NCBI RefSeq assembly: GCF_964355755.1
Contig: NC_092670.1
Location: 14,680,795-14,744,794 of the forward strand
Direction: 5' to 3'
Origin: Antedon mediterranea
Taxonomy: Eukaryota; Animalia; Echinodermata
DNA: 64,000 nucleotides
In this document: positions 1 to 11,500 of the stretch, one piece after another
Layout: each line of letters opens with the position of its first letter
How positions within the stretch are numbered: position 1 is the first letter of the stretch
Translations under genes and position numbers: made by a program
The notes under the pieces: model-generated
Seen by the model: only the letters and a program-made list of their open reading frames with translations
Database searches by the model: none
Told to the model about the DNA's origin: nothing

Positions 1-739
1 CCGAATTTAGAAGGCCTAGGCCTACCTCCCAAACCTTTACTAATACTAGGCCTAGGCTAGGCGGTGCCCAGCGCGCGGAGTCGATCCACCCACACGTTTC
101 ATGTGCATCCAAAGCGATATCAACAACTTGCTGCTCATTGTCAAGCCAAAGTAAAATATGAATCAAATTCGTTTTCGAACTGCCTGATTCGTGAACAAAT
201 AAATTACCATCTCATATTACTAATTTAATTCTGCTAAACTATAAACTAAAGAAACTTAACACATTTTAGCAGTATAAATTACAAACGAATACAAAATACA
301 CGAACGGAAAATATGGATACGCATCATTGCACACGGCGCTGTATCCCGGACAACGTTGCCAGGCTAACGTCGGTATTGCCAGAAAAAAACCGTTGATTTG
401 GAGATTTTAAATCGTCATTTACTCGATGACTAACCGTTTATACGGTAATAATTTTATCTAAAAAAATTCTAAATACGTTTCTGCAAAAGCACAAGCATTT
501 TTTAGAAAATACTCCATAGATTTCAAGAGTTATAGCCAAAAAACTGCAAATTGTCCATTGGAGGGATAGGAATATATTCGCAAAGTGACGTCACCCGCGA
601 ATTTTTTTGATTTTCAAATGGGGCTTTCCCCAAAAGGGCGAATTTATATTTTATAACAATATACATTCTAGCAACACCTAATAGCCCCCAAAACATCATT
701 CTAAAATGAAAAAAATCGAAAATCCATTTCAGGTCCATT
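1..739. mobile_element. End of a probable non-autonomous Kolobok-like DNA transposon inserted at TTAA inside the BEL/Pao pol gene
   Basis: Non-coding sequence ends ...CAGGTCCATT followed by TTAA (740-743), exactly where the Pao reading frame (LRKTNLPEEIKHPVIIP) begins. The other end is outside the window. Confidence 0.45.
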
Positions 740-1931
740 TTAAAGAAAACTAATCTACCAGAAGAAATTAAACATCCAGTAATCATCCCTGCAAAAAGTG
801 ATTTAACCTGATTAATAGTCAGTCATTACCATAATCAAGTGTACCACCAAGGTAGAGGGATTACTCTTAATGCGGTGCGAGCTGCTGGGTTCTGGATGAT
901 AGGTGGCGTGGCATCTGTCTCGAGATATATTCACGACTGCACGGTATGTCGTCGACTTAGACGACCTACAGAACTCCAGCGTATGGCAGATCTACCAGTC
1001 GAAAGAGCCGAGGCAGGTCCTGCCTTTAGTTACTGTGGCGTAGACTTCTTTGGGCCGATCATTGTAAAAAATGGTAGAAAGGAACTTAAGCGCTATGGTG
1101 TGCTATTTACATGTTTGGTGTCTCGAAGTGTGCACCTGGAGATAGCCAGCTCGTTATCGACAGATTCCTTTATGAATGCCTTTCGGCGATTTTTATGTAG
1201 GAGAGGACCCGTCAGACAAATGAGGTCCGACCAAGGAACCAATTTTATTGGTGCCACAAGAGAGCTGAAGGAAGCAGTAAAAGAGATGGATCAAGAGGCA
1301 ATTCGCATAAATATGCTAAGGTTAAATTGTGATTGGAAATTTAACACACCCACTGCAAGCCATCACGGAGGAGCTTGGGAGCGTATGATCAGAACAACCA
1401 GAAACATTTTTGATAGCTTAATGCTTCAGCATAAGGCGTTATTGAATGATGACATGCTGAGCACATTTATGACAGAAGCAGAAGCAATAATTAACAGCAG
1501 ACCTTTATGTGCTACTAACGATGCATCTTTAGAACCGTTGACACCATTTTACTTGTTAACGATGAAAAGCAGTGCGGTGTATGCTCCGCCAGGAAACTTC
1601 AAAAGGGACGGGAAGTTTAGCCGGAAGCTCTGGAGAAGAGTCCAGCACCTGGCGGATACGTTTTGGAGTAGATGGCAAAAAGAATATATTATCAATTTAC
1701 AGCAAAGACAGAAGTGGACTAAGAAGAAAAGAAACATAAGCATTGGAGATATTGTACTTTTGTATGAAGAAGGTGTCCCGAGAAATTATTTGGGAGCTTG
1801 CTCGAGTTACCAATACCAAGCCGAGTGATGATGGTTTAGTGAGAAGCGTCACTGTCTTCGTTGGACGAAGAAGAACAACATTGGATAGGCCAGTAACCAA
1901 GATTGTGTTGTTGGTTCCTAAAGATCAGTAA
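740..1931 (+). pseudogene. BEL/Pao pol fragment (HHCC zinc finger, DDE integrase, C-terminal domain), disrupted
   Basis: KHPVIIP, H..H..CTVC, GVDFFGP, SDQGTNF, GGAWERMIR. In-frame TGA at 809-811 and a frameshift near 1788 (ORF 839..1828 continues in ORF 1743..1931 as WELARV...). Confidence 0.9.
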
Positions 1932-2056
1932 TCTAACACTGCATTTGTAGAAATTATATAATTTAGTAATTGTTTGAATCTTACTTCGTTTATCATTGAT
2001 AATTATACCATTGTTTAATTTGTTTGTTAGAAATTGTAGTCAATTTATGGGAGGCC

Positions 2057-2904
2057 TGTACTGATTTCTAATCAGTAGGTTAATTTTTATAGCGCCATCG
2101 TGCGGGTCCTTTTGGACAGATATGAGAACGTGATATTAATTGTTTGTTTAGAGGACATAATAATCAACAAAGTTGTTATGTTGAATTTGAGCTACGATAC
2201 CGGAACCGGTAATGCTTTGTTATAGATGTTTTTAGCTTTAGTTATGATACATTTAATATTCGTGACTCCTTCTTGCTTAGGCAGATTGGCATTATTTAGA
2301 TGGCGAGGTCGTTTAGACTCGCCGCCTAGAGCATGGAGGGTTGGAGTGGCATGGCCGGAGCAGGTTGTCATGGGTGTCGCTGTTCTGTGGAGCCCACCTT
2401 TATGCCCTCAGTTTGTTTGTTTACATTGTTTATTTAAATTTTTATTTACTGATTATTATCATTACGTTTACTGATAGCAGAATGATTGTAGAAGTTATGA
2501 CGTGAACTTTAAGATTACTTTATAGTTATTTAGTCTATTTAAGACATGCAAATTTGCATCATGTATCACACAGTTAGCTGCACGTCATGGTGTGTTGTGC
2601 ACGTCTGAGCGGTCGTTCCGCTTGACGAAGCATAGATTACGTCATGTATGGTTGAGATACGTCATTGTTCTCTTCCTAAGTTTTAATGTTGTATTTACCT
2701 CAGTTTGAGGTTGTATTTGCTGATTGCTATTACTTGTTTGTTTTCAGTAATTTACGGCTAGAGGCTAGGAGGCTAGAGGCTAGAGATTAGAGGTTAGAGA
2801 TAAGAGGTTAGAGATAAATGAAGAAATAAAGGCTGTAATACAGCATAAATGAGCCAGTAAATTCGTCGGTAGCGTTTCATTCTTAAGTACGTGTACTTAC
2901 AACA
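2057..2904 (+). repeat. 3' LTR of the BEL/Pao element
   Basis: TGT...ACA termini, preceded by a PPT, AATAAA near 2825, internal (GGCTAGA/GGTTAGA)n at ~2757-2815. The partner LTR is not in the window. Confidence 0.65.
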
Positions 2905-3077
2905 TGGTTACAATAATGTTATTTTAACGTTTTTAAAACCCCATAAAAAGCGAAATATGTTTTAAGAACTGAAATTTTAGGTTTTTAAAACTCTACAAAT
3001 TAACGTTTTTTAATACGAAAAATATCGTTTTTAAAACCAAAACAATACGCCAAAAAACGTTACTTTAACGTTATTTA

Positions 3078-3204
3078 TGTCACAGTATCGTGCCCCGACT
3101 GAGGGCGCTATGTCTTGATCTGAATAAATATGGCCACCGAGTAACACGAGTTATTTAGTCCGTATCTTTATTGTTATATTCTACCATTCACGAAACGTAA
3201 AACA
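3078..3204 (+). repeat. Gypsy 5' LTR
   Basis: TGTCAC...AAAACA, 126/127 identical to 7717-7843, contains AATAAA. Confidence 0.95.
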
Positions 3205-3218
3205 TGGTGGCAGCGGTG
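3205..3218 (+). promoter_or_regulatory. Primer binding site complementary to tRNA-Leu (AAG/TAG) 3' end
   Basis: TGGTGGCAGCGGTG directly after the 5' LTR is the reverse complement of CACCGCTGCCA-CCA. Confidence 0.85.
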
Positions 3219-3325
3219 CTCATTGCAAGAAAAGATTAGTCTGAATTGCACACTGAAACACAGATAAGTAAAGTAAGATATTTACTGTTAAATCTAACGA
3301 GATATATACGACTAGCCTAGCCAGC

Positions 3326-3763
3326 ATGATGGCAGACGGCGAGGAGGGCGTGCAAAATGACGCACATGGCCTGCAGGATGAAGCTAACGGCAACGGACTG
3401 CCGACGATACAAATGCCTGTCCCGATGTTCAATGTTAAACCCCCAGAACCGGTAAAACTAGACACAAATGGTAAACAGGAAAATTGGAAATTATGGAAGC
3501 AGCTTTGGACACATTATACCATTGCTAGCAACCTAGATCATCCATCACGATCACCTCATTTTAAGAAATCATTACTGATCTCTACCATGGGTGTTGATGC
3601 ACTCCAAATATATAATGGATGTGACCCACTAGAATCTGACACGTGTGAGGAAATCATACAAAAATTGGATACGTTTATTCTTGGTGAAACCAATGAAATT
3701 TTTGAACGATATAAATTCAATTCCCGAAAACAAGAAAAGGCGAGTCAATTGACACATATATAA
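3326..3763 (+). CDS. Gypsy gag N-terminal part, frameshifted near 3740-3780
   Basis: NWKLWKQLW..Y, ERYKFNSRKQE. The expected continuation GESIDTYINVLKK..CNFCDC lies in shifted frames. Confidence 0.8.
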   Translation: MMADGEEGVQNDAHGLQDEANGNGLPTIQMPVPMFNVKPPEPVKLDTNGKQENWKLWKQLWTHYTIASNLDHPSRSPHFKKSLLISTMGVDALQIYNGCDPLESDTCEEIIQKLDTFILGETNEIFERYKFNSRKQEKASQLTHI

Positions 3764-3797
3764 ATGTTTTGAAAAAACCTGTAATTTCTGTGATTGC

Positions 3798-6700
3798 ATG
3801 AAAGATAGTCTAATTCGAGATCGTTTAGTACTGGGAGTACATGATGAAAGAGTAAGAAAACGACTATTCCAAGAAAGAAAAATAGATTTAAAGAAATGTA
3901 TTGACATCTGCCACGGCTATGAAAACACATACAACCAAATGAAAGTGATTTCTGGTAAATCATTGGAGGAAGAAAAAGTTCATAAAGTGATGAACAGAGG
4001 TGGACATCAGCAGAAACATGAAACCCCTCAGTCATCAGGAAAACATAAAACTAGTGACAGAGCACCGTCTGGCAACATGCCTAAATGCAAATATTGTAGA
4101 AACAGCCACCCAAGAAAGAAAGAAATGTGCCCTGCCTGGGGTAAACGGTGCAACAAATGCAAATTAATGAACCATTTCGCTATTGTATGCAAACGGAAAC
4201 CCAAGCTATATGGTGTTGAAGCACAAGATTCAGATGATAGTACATTGAGTGTAACTGAAGACAAAATTTACAATGTTTCAACAGGACCAATATATGCGGA
4301 AATGACCATGAATGATGGAAGTAAAATACGATTCCAAGTGGACAGCGGAGCTACTGTAAACGTGATACCAGTAAAATATGTTGAACTAGGTAGTACCAAA
4401 ATTGAACAATCACACACAAAGTTAACAATGTATAACAAGAGCAAAGTCATCCCATTAGGAAAATGTGTGCTAACGCTTAAAAATGACGCCACAAACAAGT
4501 CATATACAGTTGATTTTCAAATTGTCAAACAAGATTTACAACCACTATTAAGCAGAGAGACAGCAGAAAAAATGAAACTGATCACGGTAAACTACAGTAA
4601 CTTCAAGCAATTACATAGTGTCACACAGACAACATCCAAGATCCTTGAAGACTACAAAACAGTTTTTAATGGTAAACTGGGACGTCTACCAGGAAAAGTT
4701 TGTATAAAGATTGCCGAGCACTCAAAAGGAACGCAATGTCCAGCTCGAAGAGTACCTATATCCGTGAAGCCCAAGTTAAAAGAGGAACTAGACAAACTAC
4801 TAACAGAAGGTGTTATAACGCCAGTATCTGAACCAACAGACTGGTGTTCACAGATATCTATGCAAACCAAAAAAAATGGTAAACTAAGAATATGCGTAGA
4901 TCCGAGACCGCTGAATGAAGTTCTGCAGCGTGAGAGATATCCACTACCAACCATGGAGGATATTCTACCAGAACTAGCCAATGCAAAGGTATTTAGCAAG
5001 GTTGATCTGTCACATGGATACTGGCACTGTGAATTGGACGAAAACAGCAGCCGTCTGACTACGTTCATCTGTCCGTTTGGAAGATTTCGCTGGAATAGAT
5101 TACCCTTTGGTTTGAAAGTGAGCACAGAAATTTTCCAAAGGAAGTTAAATGAATCATTGACAGGGTTAGAAGGAGTAGCATGCGTAGCAGATGACATACT
5201 TGTCTATGGTTATACAACTGAAAAACATGACAAAAGTTTGAGAAACCTTTTTGAAAAATGTCAGAAAGCTAGAATACAACTAAATAAAGAGAAGAGTGTA
5301 TTTCATACTGACACAATTGATTTCATGGGACATACCATAACTGCTAATGGATTAAAACCTGACGTGAAAAAGCTAGAAGCAATCCTCAAAATGGATAATC
5401 CAACAGATGTTGAAGGCGTTCGTAGAATGCTAGGATTAACAAATTACCTAGCAAAGTTCCTACCTCAGCTAGCAACTGTTGTTGAACCACTTCGTCGACT
5501 GACTCATCAAGATTGTCAGTGGCACTGGTCAGATGACCAAGATAAAGCAATTCTTAATTTGAAACAACTAATCACTAAAGCTCCTATTCTAGTCTATTAT
5601 GATCCAAAGAAGGAGTTAATAGTACAATGTGACGCCTCAAGCACAGGACTTGGAGCAGCTTTATTACAAGAAGGAAAGCCAATTGCATACGCTAGCAGAT
5701 CTCTATCAGCTACAGAAGTAAGATATGCTCAAATAGAGAAGGAGTGCCTCGCAATTGTTTTTGCAATGGAGAGATTTCATCAGTATACATTTGGACGTTT
5801 GATTATTATCAACAGTGATCACAAACCTCTTGAAATGATTGTGAGAAAGCCTTTACACAAAGCTCCAAAGCGACTGCAAGGCATGCTGATGAGACTGTTA
5901 CAGTACGATACAAAGATCGTATACACAACAGGCAAAGAAATGTATATCGCTGACACTTTATCTAGGGCATATCTACCAAATACTGACAAGGTAGACAAAT
6001 TTGATCAAGTAAATGCAGTTGGTAGTCTTCGTATTGGCCCAGAGCGAATTGATGAACTTAAAAGAGAAACAAACATGGATGAAACTACAAAAATACTGAA
6101 ATCCATAATTATGCAAGGATGGCCAGATGAAAAACAGTTTGTACCAACGCAGATTATGCCTTATTATTCATTCAGAGATGAACTGGCAGTGCATGATGGA
6201 CTTATATTCAAAGGTGAACGAGTAGTAGTACCTATCTCATCACGAAAATCAATAAAGGAACGTCTGCATGTTTCCCACCTTGGAGGAGATAGTATGCTGA
6301 GAAGAGCAAGGGAATGTATTTTTTGGCCCAGAATGTCATATGAAATAAAACAAATGACACAAATGTGCGATGTTTGTCAAACGTATCAACAGGCACAGAC
6401 AAAGGAAACTATGATTCCTATTGAAGCCAAATATCCTTACCACAAAGTTGGAATTGACCTATTCACACTTGATAAGGTAGATTACATGACCACAGTGGAC
6501 TACTACAGTGGATTTTGGGAAGTTGACAAACTAACTGAAACAATAACTAATTTAAAATCAGTCATAAAGAAAGTAAAGCAACACTTTGCGAGAAACGGGA
6601 TTCCTGAAATTGTCATTTCGGATAACGGCCCCCAATTTTCCAGTCACGAGTTCAGAAACTTCAGTGCAAATTGGGATTTCCAACATCAAACCTCATCTCC

Positions 6701-7397
6701 ACATCATCCTAATGCTAATGGTAAAGCAGAGGCAGCTGTAAAAGCAGCAAAGACTATGTTGATGAAGTGTAAGAAAAGCAAAACTGACCCATATATGGCA
6801 TTACTTGAAGTTCGAAACACACCTACTCAAGGAACAGGAACTAGTCCTACACAGAGACTTTTCAACAGACGCACAAGATCAATGTTACCAATGACTGACA
6901 CATTACTAACACCCAGAGGAAAAGAGTATCTACAGTTGGACAAGCTACAGATAAAAGCCAACAAGGAGAAACAAGTATCTAAATACAATAAACATGCACA
7001 TGACCTACCAGAACTGGTTGAAGGTGATACGGTAAGACTAAAACCACACCGATTAGGTAAAAAAGAATGGCAAAAAGGAGTACCGGTAGTTGTAAAAAGA
7101 CTAGATGAAAGATCATATGAGATAGACACACCAACAGGTACCTATAGAAGAAACAGAGTTCATATTAGGAAAACACCTGAATCACCCCCTGATACAACTC
7201 AACTCTACCCACCAATGGAAACAGCAGATGATAATGCAACAATACCAACTGAACAGCAGGAGGTCACAACGCAACCAATACCAACAACCAAACAAACTAC
7301 ACCACACATACCAATGGCGGAACCAACTCAACCACGCAGATCAACCAGAATAAAAAAACAACCTATCTATCTAAAAGATTATGTAACTCATAAATAA
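3798..7397 (+). CDS. Gypsy gag-C/pol polyprotein (zinc knuckle, protease, RT, RNase H, integrase)
   Basis: CPAWGKRCNKCKLMNHFAIVC, VDSGA, LRICVDPRPLN, RLPFGL, VADDILV, CDASSTGLGA, HLG..CDVC, SDNGPQF; 1199 aa open. Confidence 0.95.
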   Translation: MKDSLIRDRLVLGVHDERVRKRLFQERKIDLKKCIDICHGYENTYNQMKVISGKSLEEEKVHKVMNRGGHQQKHETPQSSGKHKTSDRAPSGNMPKCKYCRNSHPRKKEMCPAWGKRCNKCKLMNHFAIVCKRKPKLYGVEAQDSDDSTLSVTEDKIYNVSTGPIYAEMTMNDGSKIRFQVDSGATVNVIPVKYVELGSTKIEQSHTKLTMYNKSKVIPLGKCVLTLKNDATNKSYTVDFQIVKQDLQPLLSRETAEKMKLITVNYSNFKQLHSVTQTTSKILEDYKTVFNGKLGRLPGKVCIKIAEHSKGTQCPARRVPISVKPKLKEELDKLLTEGVITPVSEPTDWCSQISMQTKKNGKLRICVDPRPLNEVLQRERYPLPTMEDILPELANAKVFSKVDLSHGYWHCELDENSSRLTTFICPFGRFRWNRLPFGLKVSTEIFQRKLNESLTGLEGVACVADDILVYGYTTEKHDKSLRNLFEKCQKARIQLNKEKSVFHTDTIDFMGHTITANGLKPDVKKLEAILKMDNPTDVEGVRRMLGLTNYLAKFLPQLATVVEPLRRLTHQDCQWHWSDDQDKAILNLKQLITKAPILVYYDPKKELIVQCDASSTGLGAALLQEGKPIAYASRSLSATEVRYAQIEKECLAIVFAMERFHQYTFGRLIIINSDHKPLEMIVRKPLHKAPKRLQGMLMRLLQYDTKIVYTTGKEMYIADTLSRAYLPNTDKVDKFDQVNAVGSLRIGPERIDELKRETNMDETTKILKSIIMQGWPDEKQFVPTQIMPYYSFRDELAVHDGLIFKGERVVVPISSRKSIKERLHVSHLGGDSMLRRARECIFWPRMSYEIKQMTQMCDVCQTYQQAQTKETMIPIEAKYPYHKVGIDLFTLDKVDYMTTVDYYSGFWEVDKLTETITNLKSVIKKVKQHFARNGIPEIVISDNGPQFSSHEFRNFSANWDFQHQTSSPHHPNANGKAEAAVKAAKTMLMKCKKSKTDPYMALLEVRNTPTQGTGTSPTQRLFNRRTRSMLPMTDTLLTPRGKEYLQLDKLQIKANKEKQVSKYNKHAHDLPELVEGDTVRLKPHRLGKKEWQKGVPVVVKRLDERSYEIDTPTGTYRRNRVHIRKTPESPPDTTQLYPPMETADDNATIPTEQQEVTTQPIPTTKQTTPHIPMAEPTQPRRSTRIKKQPIYLKDYVTHK

Positions 7398-7716
7398 AAA
7401 CAAATTCATATCGTAGCTGCTATAACTAATTAATCAATAAAAGCAGTTAATCAATAAATTGTTGCAGTTAAACGTTATGTTAAAGAAGTTAAAGTTAAAC
7501 GTTATGTTAAAGAAGTTAAAGTTGTGTTAAAGTTACTCATGATAATACTGTATTTATAATAATTCACTCACAAGAGATATGAAGTCTAAACAGTAACACT
7601 GATACTAATTGATATACTATATTTTATTATATTCATCACACTAAATAACAAATAAGTATAAAAAAAAAAAAAATTCATAAAAGCGCACACCGTAACTTAT
7701 TTTAAAAAAGGAAGGA

Positions 7717-7843
7717 TGTCACAGTATCGTGCCCCGACTGAGGGCGCTATGTCTTGATCTGAATAAATATGGCCACCGAGTAACACGAGTTATTTAGTCC
7801 GTATCTTTATTGTTATATTCTACCATTCACGAAACGTGAAACA
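7717..7843 (+). repeat. Gypsy 3' LTR
   Basis: Direct repeat of 3078-3204 following the PPT. Confidence 0.95.
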
Positions 7844-8525
7844 ATTGAAATATCATTATTTGTTATATATACGTTTAAAATGTGTGCTTTAAACGTTCAA
7901 CGTTTGCAAAACTCCACAAATTCACGTATTAAAAACGAAATATTTCAACCAAATAAATACGTTAAAAATATAGTATTTTAACATTATTTTATCTAGAAAT
8001 ATTACGTTATAAATACGTTCAAAAAACGTTTTTAAAACGTTACAAAAACACGTTATTTCAACGTTTGCAAAACTCCACAAATTCACGTTTTGAAAACGTT
8101 TAATCAAAACGTTTCCAAAACAAAACCAGTACGTTTTTATAACGTTTTTTTAACATACACCTGTAAATTGGGGTACGGGGCCACTTCCACATTTACCCTG
8201 CCCTGCCCTGTAATCATAACTATCCACCACCGGCAAAACCTGCAAAATAAAGAAAAATTATGAATGATTCACAGTATTTGTGCCGTGGAAAACATCTTGT
8301 AATTTTATGCTTATTTCTATTTTTAAATAAAAGGTTAACTGGAATTGAAGCGAAATAAAAATGTCAACCTTTATTCAACGTTGTTAAATCATGTTAAGAA
8401 ACAATATCAACTGAAATAATAATGGATTAAAGTTGCTGATGTTGGAACTTAATATAGGTATACTTGAATATAGAAATAAAAAATAAGTTAATTTGTAATA
8501 ATAATTTTTAAAACATATCTTTTAC

Positions 8526-11500
8526 CATGCATTTAGGATATGATGAGCTGTATTGTCCATTATCACAAGTTATTGTTGTTTCTCCTACCAATGTATAACC
8601 AGCATCACATGTGAATGTCATGGATCCTCCATGAGTAGAGCTACCAGAATACTGACCGTTTCGAATACTGATGGACGACTCACAGTTAGCTGGTGGAGAT
8701 ATTAAGTAATACATTAGGAAGCTTAATGTTTCCTGCATTAAAACTTATTCCTATTGGTGAACTGTATCAAAATACGCTTTCAGAAACATGTTGTTTGGGT
8801 TTTAGTAGTATTAGTCATTTATAAAGCGCAGCAATGTACACGTGACCGAGAGTAGACTTGCTATTCTATGGTTTATTCATTATCAGAAAATACTTTATAA
8901 TACCAGAACCACAGAATAGTGAGGCGATTGTGAGCTTATGCCACTAAATCGCTCTATAACTAAAAAGTAAAAGATATGTCATGTCATGGAGCCATCTTTA
9001 TTTGGGGTATAATATGGTAATATTAATTAACACCCGCTTTGAAGAAAAGCCTCCCTCAAATAAACGACACCATTCCCTCCAATAGAACATCATGTGGAAT
9101 ACGCCCGCCACATGCATTTACACAATAATTGTATCACAACACATTACATTAACTACCATCATCTACAATTTACCAAGCATTTTTTTGTCACTTTTTTATA
9201 TTAATTGTGCTGTATTTTACTTTACATCTAGGTGGTATTTATTTGATTATATTACATAGCCTATGTAAATACGCGAACGTGATTGGTTGAAACTGCATCA
9301 CATGACTACCGCTGCGAGGATCGTAAATCGTATATATCCTCGAGAACGATGATATTGACTGTGTAATTTTCGCGTAATAATCGTGTCCCCTGTCATTAAT
9401 CATATAAATTCTCGAGTACGATGATATTGACTTTGTAATTTTCGTGTGCAACACTCGAGTTTGCCGATAAATAAACAAAAGTCATCTACTCGATCTTGAA
9501 ATCGGGTGGAATTGTCACTCCATCGCAAGACAACGTTTCATCCGCTGGGCCATGGAATTTGCTTGAAGAAATTAATCTTCTAAACTATTTAAGCTATGCA
9601 TACATAGCGCCCTCATTTGTTATAAGTCCACCCTAAATGTGATGAAACACCGTTTGTGATTGGTCAATACTCACGGTAGTAACCTATTAACTAGTACGCG
9701 CTGAACATCCGGTGATTCGGCTCCTCGAAGATCGAGAAAAAGACGAATTGTTTATTCGGCCTACCTGATTATAATATTATTATTAATAGGCTTATTGATG
9801 GAAATTCTTCTGTTAATTTAAACGACCTAGGCCTAAGTGAATATTTTATTGCCAAGGAGTCATTAATTAGTAATTATCTGTATATTATTCTTCGCAAGGT
9901 AAGGTGTCTAGGCAGGCTTGTTTTAAATACAATACAAATACTAGGAGGCCTATAGCCTAGCTTCACCCAACCCAGCAGACTTGTTCTTGGCTATATAATA
10001 TAACAGATATTGCCTTTTATATCGGTTAAATATAAGATTTGACATCCCCTCGGTAATGATATTAAGTTCTCGGGGAATATATATTTCCCTCAGCTGGCGC
10101 TTCGGGAAATATATATTCCCTCGAACTTAATAATATCATTCCCTCGGGGATGTCAAATCTTATATTTAACCTCTAAGCAGTCAATATCTGTATAATACAT
10201 ATTACCATATTATACCCCAAATAAAGATGCCTCCCCTCCCCCTAAAAACCCTTTTGAACAATAAATGCCCGGGGCGTTTAATCGGATACACATGGCAAGT
10301 TACTTCTAGCATTCTGAAAAGAACTGTTGAGCTTGACGTTTATATCAAAATGTTCTCGTGGACAGCAATAACTAGTACTTGAAATTGAAACAATTTAAAA
10401 TATCAGTTCATAACATTACTGTGTAGAGATATGTTTTTTGTTTGAAACATTACTAATAGTATTTTCTGTTCAATTCATCTTTTAACCACATTTTCTATTA
10501 CAATGAATGTAAATATGTATATTTTGAACAATTTGATACCAAATTTAAGTTTCTACGACCAGTACTTACAGAGATATGAAGATGCCCTGGTATGTGGGTC
10601 AAAGGTAAGAAATGGCATTTCTGATCATTTTTTACTAAAATGCCCCATTAGACGGAATATAAATCTATGCCTTCTGAACAGTTTGAGACCAAAATTGACT
10701 TGCTGCAACCAGTGGTTGCCAAGATTCTAGTACCTTTATTTATTTGTTTATATAACCCTGACCCTTTGACCTTTTGTAACATTTTTCAAAATGTGTAACA
10801 GATAACAAAATATATATTTCGAACAATTTAAAACCAAATTCAAGTGTCTACGACCAGTAGTTACGGAGATAAATGCATGACCTGGGTTGTGGGTCAAAGG
10901 TCAGAAATGGAATTTCCGGTCATTTTGAACTAAAATGTCCCATTAGACTGAATATAAATGTATATATTCTGATCAATTTGAGACCAAAATTACTTCGCTG
11001 TGACCAGTAGTTGTTGAGATTTAAGGACATATTGGTGTTTGGTCTTATGACCTTTCACCCTGACCTTTTGACCTTTCGCCACATTTTCAAAATGTGTAAC
11101 CAAGCCAAAAATGATTGTTTGACCAAAGATTATGTAGCGCCGCTACGCGGCGCAACATAGGTAACTGTTGGCAAGCTCCTATCTTATAACACTACGCGCC
11201 CAGTAAATCCATGGACGCCATTCGGGCGGACAGGTTATTATTGCGATTTAAATGTAAATGGTTTAAATGTTGCGGTCCGCCTCGAAGTATCTGTGGTTAA
11301 CCATCTTTATGATTGATTCATGGAAAAGGGAAGAAATTATGTAAACAAAGTAAAATAAAAGTTTCTTTGGGATCTGGACACTTTCCAACTAATTCTGTGT
11401 GTTTACATTGATATGTTTGGTTAGACAACTTCGTTCTTTAACCAAAACATCGTGGATATTGTGACAACGACTTTATTCCGGTTCAAACTTGTCCGCCAGA

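Larger units (their letters stand above)
740..2904 (+). mobile_element. BEL/Pao LTR retrotransposon, 3' portion (integrase, PPT, 3' LTR)
   Basis: Pao-type integrase plus C-terminal WxRWxxEY...LQxRxKW and GLVRSVxV...RPVTKIVLL motifs; purine tract GGGAGG before TGTA at 2057; LTR ends ACAACA at 2904. Confidence 0.9.
3078..7843 (+). mobile_element. Full-length Ty3/Gypsy LTR retrotransposon (Mag-like, single gag-pol type)
   Basis: 127-bp LTRs at 3078-3204 and 7717-7843 with 1 mismatch; PBS at 3205; PPT AAAAAAGGAAGGA at 7704-7716; near-TSD ATTTA/ATTGA; domain order gag-PR-RT-RH-IN. Confidence 0.97.
2905..8173. mobile_element. AAACGTTT-rich MITE-like DNA element split by the Gypsy insertion (host parts 2905-3077 and 7844-8173)
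   Basis: Dense AACGTT/AAAACGTTTT motifs on both sides of the Gypsy element; ends ...GTAAATTGGGG followed by TA at 8174. Confidence 0.55.

Noticed and set aside
4028-7129. Antisense ORFs up to 181 aa inside Gypsy pol
   Set aside because: Shadows of the sense coding strand with no recognisable motifs.
3798-7397. Reverse transcriptase next to variable repeats as a diversity-generating retroelement
   Set aside because: The RT belongs to an ordinary Gypsy element with LTRs, PBS and integrase. Sushi exon differences do not look adenine-specific, and their introns are duplicated too, which points to DNA-level events.
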